A DNA stretch of 64,000 nt. Origin: Tubiluchus corallicola (taxonomy: Eukaryota > Animalia > Priapulida). Of this stretch, positions 10,761-22,100 are shown piece after piece; the first letter of the stretch is position 1, and each line of letters begins with the position of its first letter. The stretch covers positions 1-64,000 of the forward strand of contig JAQGDQ010000972.1 in the NCBI GenBank assembly GCA_030141605.1, read 5' to 3'. The notes under the pieces are model-generated. The model was not told where the DNA came from. It did not search any database and saw nothing but the letters and a program-made list of their open reading frames with translations. A program made the position numbers and the translations under genes.

Positions 10761-12827
10761 CTCCGAACCCGTAACAATTAGCTTACTTAGCTTACTTGGC
10801 GTTGTTAAGAACATATCGTATATTGGAATGCCTTTGCCATATTGAAAAATATCTAGTTTCCTGATGCTACGTCTATTTTCAGTATTTGCCCCCTACATGT
10901 TTGCATTGCAAACTAGTCTCTGATATTGTCTTATATTGTCTGCTGTGCTTGCAGTGGGCTGGGCTCAAGGTGTTACTTTAACCCAAATGGCAGATTGAAA
11001 AACCGGCCAGATTATCAGTATATTCGATTCTCGCTTAGAGTCAGTCTTCATTGATTCATAAATGCTAGCAATTTGCTCAAAGTGTTCGTTTTCCTGCCAT
11101 TTCTTAACATTTGTCCTGGACGTGCATAAAAGCAAGACAGCTATTTATAAACCCATTTTTTTGTCGGGGCTCTTGCTGTGCAAGTCTGTACTCGAAATTC
11201 TTTCACTATTAACAACAACCTGCTGCAAGAATTCAATTTTTAGACCTTCACATTTTCACATTTTATTGGCAGCCATTTTCCCATGTTAATAGTTGAAAAA
11301 GCATTAGGAAAACATCAACTATTACCCAAAGCTACTTCGTAAAAACACTCAAATAACGATTTATAGCAACTAGGCATATTAGTGTTTTCCCACAATGAGT
11401 CGTAAATAATATCTAGGAAAAGATGTATTGCTGAGCGCGTTATCTTATAATGAATCGCCTTCTTAAAGTCATTATCCTGAATTTGTAATTATCGCAATTG
11501 TCGCGTGAATTAAACAGGAAGAGCTGTTTTCGTCTGACGTTTTAATGTGTTTTCTTACTCGAATTTAATACATAGAAATTATGCATCATTTACGTGTGAC
11601 GCAATGTGCTTTTAATGAATTGTGCAGCAATTAATCATGGCAAAGCAATAACTTGTGAGGTTAGCAATGTTTTACTGATTGTTAATATGACTGCGAACAA
11701 ACAATGTCCTACCAAGCGGTAGTGCAAGTAATTTTATTATTTTTTGGTTTAAAAATTCGTCAAGCGACTCTACTCTTTTTTAGGAAAAGGGGCACCAATC
11801 GGGCACCAAATACTTCTTTGTTAGCTCCAATGGACTTTACTTTTTCAATAATTTGGATACAAGCTGAAGGTCGTTGCAATCTTCTATTACGAATTCGTGT
11901 GTGCGTTCGACTAGTCGTATGGCTATTATGACTTTTTAATCCGTGAGCAGTGGATTCACAGAGAGCCCAGAGATTCACAGTTTCACACGCTGATTTCTTT
12001 CATTTCATTACTCCGCCAGAGACCGACTTTCGGCAATGCATAATATTGAATAACTCCAAAATTACCTAAAATCACGAAACTTTTAGACATCTGGGCCAGG
12101 ATAGGGCTCAGGGAATGGTATGGTTTAAAAAACTGGGATTGTTTAAAATATCGATATCGAGATAGCAACGAAAATGTGAAAATGAGGGTAAACTATTCAA
12201 CAACACATGAATAAACTGCGCTAGACTAAACTTAGTCAAGCGATAATTAGCCACAAGCATAATGTACACTGGTCAGTCACGAATATAATAATCCACAGTT
12301 TTTGACCAGAGTAAACCACACTGGACCAGGTGCAGTCAAGTGATAAACACAGTTATATTCGTGGATTTGGATTGGAATTCATTCGGTTTTTTGCAGACAT
12401 GTTTTTCTTTTCTTTTTTGAAAATTCAAACCGGGACTTCATGACTGTAATTCAATGAAACTGTACATATCCAGGGAACTAATTCGTCTTTAATGATACAA
12501 ACCTTTAATGAAGCATAAATTATGCAAACCATTTAATAGCAGCCATGATTATTTAATTTGTCTTTGCTAGCTGAAAGGCATGTTTATTCCTATAGGGAAT
12601 GCAAGCAATATCGTAATAATTGCCGGAGATAATAAAATTTTTGTTGAAAAATTTAAGCGATTTGATCTAACTGGATTCCGTTCAGTTAGTTTTTGTTTTA
12701 CGGCAACATGGTATCAGCTAAGTTATTTTTTAGTCCAGAAATTTGTAGGAAGTTTTTAAAATCAGGAATTCCACTATCCTTAATGTTGCTTCTGTTTTCT
12801 AAAATAGAACAGAAATAAACTGCCTAC

Positions 12828-13400
12828 CACAATCAAGCTTTTTGGCATTGCAGGTTGAAGTCTTGTTTCTGTTTTTTAAGAAGTAACTATTTGATTTATA
12901 GACTCTGCATCAAACACGGATATTGCATGAAAAGATGACTGAGCTAGTAGCAATACAACTGCGTTCTCAGCGTTATTACAAATTTGTGCCTCTTTCTTCA
13001 AGTTATTATTATCTGGGAATAAACGTTGGCCAAGTGCATCTACTGCAATTTTGAGATTAATCCAACTCTTGGCTGTACGGATCTTCTGAGACAACTGGGT
13101 TGTGGTCATGGAAAGTACACTACCGGTGGCTGTGCAACTGTTTGCATTAGATCCAGACCTAAAAAGTACACTACCCGTAAGGGTCTTTGTGGCTGTGCAA
13201 CTGTTTGCATTAGATCCAGACCTAAAAAGTGCATTTCCGTAGAGTATTTCCTGCCTAGCGTAAATGGGGTTTTGCTGCTCTATAATTTTACAATGAAAGG
13301 TCCGCAAAGAGCGGATTTTAAGTGCACATGTTTCCTCGACGTATGGAATAGTCGCAAGAGATATGAAAACTAAACCGAATTGTAGGCAAAGTAGATAGTT
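12828..13400 (-). pseudogene. Exon-like 175-codon frame with signal-peptide-like N-terminus and internal about 60-bp tandem duplication; unknown product
   Basis: Pyrimidine tract plus tttgcag| at 13401. Reads NYLLCLQFGLVFISLATIPYVEETCA..., with LFRSGSNANSCTAT duplicated. TAA at 12876, after which the frame continues to a possible donor GTAGGC at 12827. Confidence 0.4.
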
Positions 13401-13465
13401 CTGCAAAGCACACTATCCAGAAGAAATAAGGAATAAAGAAATCAACGAAACCTTCGAAAGTTAAA

Positions 13466-13606
13466 GTTTACAATCCCCCCACACACACAAGAAATTAGTT
13501 TAGGATTAGGATTAGGAATCAGGATTAGGATTAGGTTTATGGTTAGTGTAGGGTTAGGGATAGGGTTAGGGTTAGGGTATTTAAATTGTGTTGGGAATTG
13601 TAAACC
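13466..13606 (+). repeat. Small dispersed element with TTAGGG-like array, copy 2
   Basis: Short inverted ends gtttacaatccccc / gggaattgtaaac flank a (ttagga/ttaggg)n array. Confidence 0.65.
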
Positions 13607-14152
13607 CCTTCCCGTTATAAAAATGTTAATTAAAATTGCTAAAACATTTCACATGTTTTGAGAGACAAAGGTGCTCTTTTCGCATATTGTACATATTTGA
13701 AAAACCTGATTGCTAAGTGGATTTGTTAGAACCGATGACTGCTGGATAGCCATAAATCTAAATCTCAAAAACAATTTATCTTTCTCAGTTTACTATAAAT
13801 AGATAGTGTATAATTTACATATATCTATGAGCAGCACTGAGTATTACATTTAAACTCTACGATTACACGCATCTTTGTCAGTTATCGCCCATTTTGAATA
13901 AATATTAGATTTCTTCCCAAGAACAAAAATTAAATTCCACGAATGCTTTTTATCAGGTCTTCATGAAACTTTACTCACTGCATAAAAATAAAAACTTGAA
14001 AAGATATCGAACATGTCCCAAAGAGAAAAGTCATTTGAAGAAAATTAATAATAAATTTTTGTGCTACATGTTGTATTTTAACGTTTCTGATCTTGGTTAA
14101 GTAACATTCACCTGTTGCAAGTTATCTAAGTACTGTATTAATTTAACACTGC

Positions 14153-14424
14153 CTAACGCCCCTCCGTACTTTCCCGCAAAGATTGTATATCCTCTGCCAA
14201 TTTTTCTGGACTGATTACGACGACCGAAAAGTCTTTTAATAAATCCCAGATTTCTTTATCCATCGATCTGCCTGCCTGTACAACCGGTTGCCTGGCTGCC
14301 ATTGCGGGATCCGACCGACCTATCATTCGTGGAATGTATGGTTCGTCAAAAATGATGTCGTCTCTTTTGGGTCCTTCTACGGATCGCCCTTGTACGTTCC
14401 TTTCGTCTGCATATATACTGTAAC
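14153..14424 (-). CDS. Putative terminal exon of a peptide/neuropeptide precursor-like gene
   Basis: Strong acceptor ttttttatattttag|. 89-codon open frame (G)YSIYADERNVQGRSVEGPKRDDIIFDEPYIPRMIGRSDPAMAARQPVVQAGRSMDKEIWDLLKDF...STEGR*. GC-richer than flanks, with four GR sites and one KR site. Confidence 0.45.
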
Positions 14425-14744
14425 CTAAAATATAAAAAAAAACAATTTTTTCGTTTTTGTACAGGTTTACTTGTCTTCATTTTAAGAAAAAAATATGTCA
14501 GATAAGTTAATAAGAATTAAAATGGATAGTTATAAAAAGAAACAAATGGAAAATGGACAAACAAAACAACTAAAGAAGAAAACAGGGAAAGAAAAAAGAA
14601 AGGTAAACAAAAATAATAATACAAAAGAAAACGAAATTACAAATAAAAAATGTAAGAGACTGCGAAAACGACATACGTTTAACCTATAATGAAAGAATTT
14701 GGGTATAAATTGCCTATAATGAAAATGTGTATCAAGAAAAACTG

Positions 14745-14792
14745 AACTTTAATTCCGATATATTTCGATGTCCGTAGTGGAGGTCATTATAA
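14745..14792 (-). mobile_element. Degenerate PLE-type hammerhead/terminus relic
   Basis: Minus strand reads ATGACCTCCACTACGGACATC-GAAATATATCGG-AATTAAA. Lies next to an A-rich tract at 14480-14700. Confidence 0.3.
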
Positions 14793-15301
14793 ATTTAAAG
14801 ATTTAAAACTTTAAACTATTAGAAGTATATAGAAACAATTATTTACTGACGTTAAAATAAAATTGTGTCCATTCCAGCTAGCACTAACATTAAATAAATT
14901 TGGTAAAATTAAACATAGCGCTGATGTGGAAGTCGTTACAATTAGAACATATTTTAAACAACCGGATTTTTTTTATATAATGTTAACATTACTAGTTTTT
15001 TAAAAAGCATAAAATGTATTCAAAACCCTTGAGTTATTTTCATTCATAAGTAAAAATTGTTTGTATAGTCTCAAATAATTGGACAAACTATCTGAAATAA
15101 AGCTAAATAAGAAAATTATAGCTAGTTAGAGGTAATTGATACGACATTTTTCAGAATAAGTATTAGTTGCAAGGTGGAAAATAATTCGAGTGAGATGTGG
15201 AGAGCTCTAATCCTCATATGTAACTAATAACAAACTTAAACTAACACAGGACGAGTTGGAGAGGAGAGATTTACATAATGTCACTAGAATCAGAGCGAGT
15301 T

Positions 15302-15529
15302 TTATCCAGTATGGGCAATGTTTTGTCTGTTCTGTAACAAAATTAACTTAATATGCCTTCTATCAACATCAAATCCATGAGACAAAATCACAGTGCACTT
15401 TTCCGGAGGTGATTTAGTTTGTCCTAATGAAGAGTTCATCAGTCTAGTTTCAGCACAGAACTTCTTTCTTTGAGTGCCAGATAGCTTGTATGAGGCGAAT
15501 AGTAATATAGCAAGAATAAGAAACGCCAT
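15302..15529 (-). CDS. Small ORF/exon with signal-peptide-like start
   Basis: ctctgtaacag| acceptor, then AAAATGG Kozak context. Reads MAFLILAILLFASYKLSG-TQRKKFC...; 75 aa, 2 Cys. Confidence 0.3.
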   Translation of the reverse strand: MAFLILAILLFASYKLSGTQRKKFCAETRLMNSSLGQTKSPPEKCTVILSHGFDVDRRHIKLILLQNRQNIAHTG

Positions 15530-15764
15530 TTTTAACGACTAACTAAGCTGTTACAGAGAATATATGGATGCATTATCTAGACCTAACACTGAGCACTGAT
15601 ATTTTGAGCAAATTATTTGTTCTTAATTACAGGAAAAATGATTATTGGAAATTTTTATTGCCAATTGTGTAACTTGCTTAATTATTCAACGTTAATCGTC
15701 AAAATCTGTCATCCGACCAACCATCAGCTTCTGAAAAAACCAGATTTTTTGAGAGATCCATGAG

Positions 15765-16185
15765 CAGAGCGGATTGTGACATTTTGGGGCCCTAGGCTGA
15801 TGAAATAATGGGGCCCCCTCAGATGGAGCCACCTTCTAATTTACTCGTATTAGTCTCGAATATTTTTACTTGCGATATATTTTAGCGGCACTTGCATAGC
15901 TGGGGCCCCATATTACAAATAAAGGGCTTCAAAGAGGGGCCTTTATCTCAAACAAAGGGCCTCAAACAAGGGCCTTTTGTCTCAAGTAAAAGGTCTCAAA
16001 CACGAATCCTTTATCTTAAATGAGGAGCCACTTTAAAATTTGATTTTCGAATTTCCTGTCTCCTTGTTTAAATCTGAAATTTTATTTTAAATTACTAGAT
16101 TTATTCAGCAGTGCAAAGTAGCTGCCCCCAAGCTTAAGGGTCCTTGACTGCAGCCAATACTAGCCTATAAGGTAATCCAGCCCTG
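15765..16185. mobile_element. hAT-like non-autonomous DNA transposon (MITE)
   Basis: Ends CAGAGCGGATT / AATCCAGCCCTG, internal GGGGCCCC subterminal repeats, and 8-bp flanks TCCATGAG / TCCGCGAG. Confidence 0.7.
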
Positions 16186-16249
16186 TCCGCGAGCCAAATA
16201 ATCAATTATGTAAAAGTAAAGGCAACACTAAATTAGAAATTCTGAAGAC

Positions 16250-16325
16250 CGTTTTCACCTCTACTTGTACTCGAACCCGAAACCTTTTCAGGCAGTTGTG
16301 CTAACTAACCCTTACTCCACAGAAG
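16250..16325 (-). repeat. tRNA-derived SINE head
   Basis: Minus strand reads TGTGGAGTAAGGGTTAG (A-box-like) ... GGGTTCGAGTAC (B box). Confidence 0.4.
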
Positions 16326-16868
16326 CACCTGACAGCTAACAGGCCTGTCATACAGATAATCAGTTTTAAAACCTGATTCTTGGGAGGCAGTTCCTGAAGT
16401 TGTCGGGTATGTGTAGGAGAGAAGAGTAATTAAATTTTCCTCTTCCAATTAGTACAGGTTTGCACTTATTTAACACATTTTATTACGTGCCGGGAATTCT
16501 TGTGTATAAATGGCTTTAATCTTTTATGAAGTATGAGGGCTAATATCCGTGTGTCAAACACAGTCATCATATAATTTGCATTACGCAAATACGACGTGTG
16601 TAGGTCTGTTTGTCTGTTTGTTTGTCAGTCAGGCGTGGTGCAGTTACATCGCGAACTGCATGCGAATCCCACCTAGTTAATTGCAAATACAACACGCATG
16701 CAGCGCAAAGTGGAGAGAAAGTGCTAAGCCACTTTACAGCATTAACAGCACAATAAAATTACGAATAGCAGACATTTCGTGAATGATATCTCGTTTATTT
16801 GATTTTTGTTGATCGAGTTAAGAAAGGTCTAGCTTTTAAGATCTAACTTTGTATGTCTTTGTTTATAT

Positions 16869-17236
16869 TGTACTGCAGGGCTGTGATGAGGTACTGTAAT
16901 ACTGGCAGGAGAATACAGCAGACTTCTCAGGTGTGCGTGTGAACGTGGCTTTAACTAGCTCATAGACGCTTATTCTGACCTTGTGTTAGTGGGAGCCACT
17001 AGTCACGTGCACACCTGAGCTTATAAAAAGGGTAGGTCTGCTGTAGATCCTTGTCAGTGGTCAGTGGGCGTCTCATCTCATCTCAGCTCTGTTCGCACTT
17101 CATCAGGCTTTCTGTTGCTCCATTCGGTAAGCTATCTGGAACATTTATTTTGTTTGGGTAATAAATCGCATTTTTATTTTATTCATTTTGGTTTTTGTCT
17201 TTGAGTCATGCCGCACTAAAAGTGGAGAGCAGTCCA
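16869..17236 (+). repeat. 5' LTR (368 bp)
   Basis: TGTACTG...CAGTCCA. TATAAAA at 17022, TCAGT Inr-like at 17054, AATAAA at 17160. Confidence 0.96.
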
Positions 17237-17237
17237 C

Positions 17238-17258
17238 TGGTGTCAGAACAAGTGGGAT
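17238..17258 (+). promoter_or_regulatory. Primer binding site, tRNA-Leu type, with 3-nt insertion
   Basis: TGGTGTCAGAA-CAA-GTGGGAT versus TGGTGTCAGAAGTGGGAT (complement of tRNA-Leu 3' end), 1 nt after the LTR. Confidence 0.85.
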
Positions 17259-19144
17259 GTTACCCTCATCTGGGCATTCCGATTATTGTACTGGGGTTGA
17301 TGTTGACTTAGAGCGGTTACAACACCGTCAGCTTGCCGATTTTCTATTAGAACAGAGTGTGTATTCTTTTAATGGTCAAGAATTAAGGGGCACTGCCTTA
17401 GATTCTACGGAACATTGCTATAGTTTTGATGTTAGTTGTACTAATAATGAGGATGTATTGTCGATCTGTGCTTGTAATACAACTAATCCGTTTGTTACTT
17501 GCCCTGTGCATAACCTTTGTACTGAAAAGCATGCAGCGAAGCCACCTGAATGTTCAAGTAGGCAAAGCCAAGGTCAGCTACCTTTGCTACCTGCTACTTC
17601 ACAACATTCCGCTTCCCAGCCTAGCGCGAGTACTTGGGGCATGTCTAATATTGATTTTCTTTTAGGGCACGCGGCTAGCGATCCAAATGCGGCATTGGGT
17701 ACGCGAGTTAGTCCAAGTAATCAAAATTTTGGGCAAAATTTCGCGTCAGATACTTATCAAATCAGACAACAGTTGTCTAGTATTTCTGAGAGTTTTCAAG
17801 ACCTGAGAAATGTGGTTGCTACGCTGCCTCAGGCAATTTCCAGTGCCAATTTTGGATTTTACTGCATGTCGCGAACCAGAGACGCCTACAACAGGTGGTA
17901 TTTTGGCAAAGAAGCCTTTTTTGGGTTCTACCCCTGTAATGGCGAATACTGATACTGCTGACTCGCAGCATCAAAATCAAGGGTCTAGCCAGATTCAAAA
18001 TGGTCCTTCTGGCTCTACCTCACGTGTACGTTTTGAAACTGGCCTAAGCAATCTAGACCAGTCTTTCGAGCCCATTTTGCGGACTTCCGGTTGTTCTACT
18101 GCACAAACAGGTTTGGCAACCAGCACCGTGGCACAAAATGCTGACAATGCTGCTGCAAACATGGCGAGTTACATCAGCATGGGGCGGCTCGGTGAAAAGG
18201 CACTCCGAGGTCTACCACCTTTTGATGGCGAGACAGTGTCTTGGGAAAGTTTTGAGGCACAGTTCCAGCTTCTCCGTCGGGCTAATGGCTGGGACAACAC
18301 CGAGGCTGGTGCGCGATTAGCATTAAAATTAAAAGGGAGTGCTGCGGGCGTGCTGGAAGTCATTCCAGAGGCGCAAAGGTCCAACTATGATGTCCTTTCG
18401 TCGGCTCTTTGTCGCAGATACGGCTATCAAAATAGAGAGAGCGTTTATCGTGCGCATTATAACGCCAGAGTACGCCACACTGGGGAAGATTTAAGGCAAT
18501 ACGCTGAGCAATTGCGCGTTCTTTATCATCGTGCATTTCCAACCGTTGATACAAAAACTGCTGAGCAACAGCTAATTCATAAATTCGTAGATGGTTTAAT
18601 GGATTCTGAGTTAGCAATACACATTCAGCAAAGTGTACCGCCTGATCTCGCAAGTGCTTTAGCTACTGCACTTACAGTTGAGTCCATTCGGGCTACGTCT
18701 AAACGAGTAACAGAAAACGAACCCCCAAGCAAAAGCTCGATTAAGGTTCAGCACCTACCTGTTACCTCGCCCCCCAGTTCGAAATTCAAAAGCCCAAATA
18801 ACGACGTTAGCAAATCTGCTCGTAACCGCACCCCTGAAAAACATGGCAGAGGTTCAAATGTTGGCCAGAATAAGTCTCCTAAACCTACGGGTCGTGGTTC
18901 AGGCCCAGTTTGTTACAATTGTGGTGGTTTTGGGCATTTAGCGAGACAGTGCTCTTCCCCTCCCCATAGTTGGACAGGCCAACCAACTCGCCATAGAGCA
19001 CAAATTTCTAATAATTTTTGCCAGAACAATGGTTTTTCTGCAAATATGGGGCAAAATTATCCATGTACTGGGACTACCCCCCAAAATTATTACCATTCAA
19101 CAGCTAATTACAACAACTTCGGTCGTGGGCGTTCGCATTTTTAA
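17257..19144 (+). CDS. gag: Gag with long N-terminal extension (one +1 indel near 17848)
   Basis: ATG at 17257 opens frame 1 to 17952. Frame 2 (17810-19144) has capsid-like LPPFDG..SWESFEAQF..ANGW and zinc knuckle CYNCGGFGHLARQC. Joining the frames gives ...QAISSA/ILDFTACREPE. Confidence 0.8.
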
Positions 19145-22100
19145 AAGCGGGTGGCAGGAGAAGGAGACAGCCAGCCACTCGCACTAGACGAGCAGTCTCC
19201 ATAGGAGCACCCACATCGCATTACACCATTAATTATTCTGCGTCGGTTCGTAACAAAAACGCTTATAAGCAGCCTGCGCTTGGTTTGTATGTGCGCGGCT
19301 CAATAAACGGTCGCGTTTGTCGCATTTTAGTTGACACTGGTGCGAGTCAGACAACAGTAAGAAAAGAATTTCTTTCCTTACCAACTGAAGAAATTTTATT
19401 AGAAAATCGCAAAGCTTTAAGCGCAAACGGATCTGAGCTTGAGTTATGTGGCCCAGTTAATGTTTCTTTGCAACTTGGCAATGAACCGGAAATGTGGTCT
19501 GGCGCAGTACCGGTTTGGCTTTCGAATGACCTTGTAGGTGATGATTGTGTGCTTGGCCTGGATTGGCTTCGTGCTAATCATGTTAGCGTAAACACCGCTA
19601 AAAATTTATTGATTTTCCCAGACGGTCGGTTTGTTAAAATTTTTCCCTCGGCGGACGGTACTACTGATATTTTAAATGTAAACCGAATAATTTTGCCTCC
19701 ATTCTCAGAAACTGTACTAGAAGGTAGACCAGCTGTGCCGTTGCCACTTGCCACAGGCATGATTACCCGTGTAAATCATGACTTTTTCTGTCGGGAAGGT
19801 GTTTTAACTGGCCGTGTAACTGCACCCCCTGGTGCAAATACTGTTAAAACATTGCTTGCAAATTTGTCACCTAAACCTGTGACTATATCAGTTAATGAAG
19901 TGATTGGTCGGTGGGAAGTTGTGCAAGAACTTCCTGAACCACTCGAACCTAAACCCGTTCAAAAACGCAATGGTTTTCGTGCTATTAGAAAATTAAACAA
20001 AAGCACCCATCTATCTGAACCTGTTCGAAATTTGCTCGAGAAAAGTAAAGAGCATCTATCTAGTAAACAGCTTAAGCGTTTACACGCATTTCTCTTGAAA
20101 AACAACCAGCTATTTTCTTCTGGACCAGCAGATATCGGCCGGACCAACGTGGTCCAGCACACCATCAACACTGGCAATCATGCGCCAATTAAAGTGCAAC
20201 CGCGGCGACTCGGTGAAACGCAGCGCAAGCAGCTTGATGCAGCTATGGAAGAGATGGAAGCACAAGGTGTGATCGAGCCTTCGTGTAGCCCGTGGTCATC
20301 TGCAGTGGTTTTAGTCCGAAAGAAAAATGGGGGCACTAGATGCTGCATTGATTATAGAGCCCTAAATGCAATTACCATCAAGGACAGTTATCCTTTACCC
20401 CGTATAGACGACTCGATAGATGCACTATCAGGCTCTGAATGGTTCTCCACCCTTGATCTGAAATCTGGGTATCACCAGGTCGAAATGCACCCTAACGACA
20501 AGGAGAAGACGGCTTTCATTACACATAGAGGCCTCTGGCAATTCAAGACTATGCCTTTTGGCCTGACGAATGCGCCAGCGACTTTCGAACGCCTTATGGA
20601 GCAGGTCCTGACTGGCCTTCATTGGCGTACCCTACTAATCTACCTCGATGACGTGATAGTTTATGGCCACACCTTTGACGAACACTTGGAGCGTCTACAA
20701 GAGGTCTTCACTCGCTTCCAAGCAGCCGGACTTAAACTTAACGCCGAGAAATGTCTACTTACACAAAAGCAGGTAACCTACCTTGGACACATTGTCAGTT
20801 CCCAAGGAGTACACACCGATCCTGCAAAAACTGATGCAGTAGCGAAATGGCCTATACCAACAAACTTGACTGAGCTACGTAGTTTTCTTGGCCTTTGTAC
20901 ATACTACAGGCGCTTCATCAAAGACTTTGCAAAAATAGCAGCTCCACTGCACGAACTAACTCGTAAACATCAACCTTTCATGTGGCAACAAGACCAGCAG
21001 CAGTCTTTTGAGAGACTTAAAGCCTTGCTTACTTCCTCCCCTGTACTAGCGTATCCTCAGTTCGATAGAGATTTCATACTTGACACCGATGCTAGTAATG
21101 TCGCCATCGGTGCTGTACTCTCTCAAGTCCAAAATGGACACGAACGTGTAATTGCCTATTACAGTCAAATACTTAGCCCCGCAGAACGCAATTACTGTGC
21201 CACTAGACGTGAACTCCTGGCCGTGATAAAACCGGTGGCCAACTTCCATCACTATCTTTACGGAAAACCCTTTTCTATACGTACCGACCATGCGGCACTT
21301 CGCTGGTTTCGCACGCTTAAGCGCCCGGAAGGACAATTAGCTCGATGGCTTGCGAAATTGGACCAATATCAGTACAAGATAGAGCATAGGCCCGGTAAAA
21401 GTCACGCGAATGCAGACGCGCTGTCTAGACGGCCATGCGAACACGAATGCTCTCATTGCAACAAACGTGAAATAAAATTTGAAACTCTGAGAACAGCTAA
21501 CAATTCAGAAGCTGAAAATAGCAAAAATGTCTTACACCCCGCCTTAGGAAGTAAAATTGACAGTGAAATTAATCAGGCATCAAAATGTGTGAAACCAGAA
21601 ATCACTGAACCGGCAAAATTTGTCAAAGTCGGTACAACTTTGCGTGATACTGAATTAGATTTTAAAGAAGGTCAATTAAATGATAAAGATCTAGCACCAG
21701 TCATAGCGTTTCTTGAAACGTCAAGCGAAAAACCAACATGGGAACAGCGATCACCCCTTAGTAGAGACGCTAAAGCGGTTTTAGCGCATTGGGACACACT
21801 GCGTTTAAGAGATGGCATTTTGCAGCGGAAATGGGAAAGCCCTGAAGGGAGTCTTACTCGCTGGCAATGGTTAGTCCCTCGCGCTTTTCGCGAAAAAGTT
21901 TTAACGGAAATGCATTCATCTCCAACTGCAGGCCATTTTGGACAAAACAAAACTCTCGATTTACTGCGGCAGCGCTTCTTTTGGCCGGGAATGCGACAAG
22001 ATGTTGAAATATGGACGCGAACTTGCGAAATTTGTTGCAAGAAAAAGGGGCCGCAGCGAAAACCTCGTGCACCTTTACAACTATACCGTGTGGGCGCGCC

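Noticed and set aside
13026-13373. Cys-rich plus-strand ORF with CGHGK, considered as the missing ADAM EGF exon
   Set aside because: EGF Cys spacing is incomplete, there is no following TM exon and no good acceptor. It is antisense to a longer frame with a proper acceptor.
13500-13580. True telomere or chromosome-fusion scar
   Set aside because: Short degenerate arrays embedded in shared flanks at three loci, consistent with a dispersed repeat.
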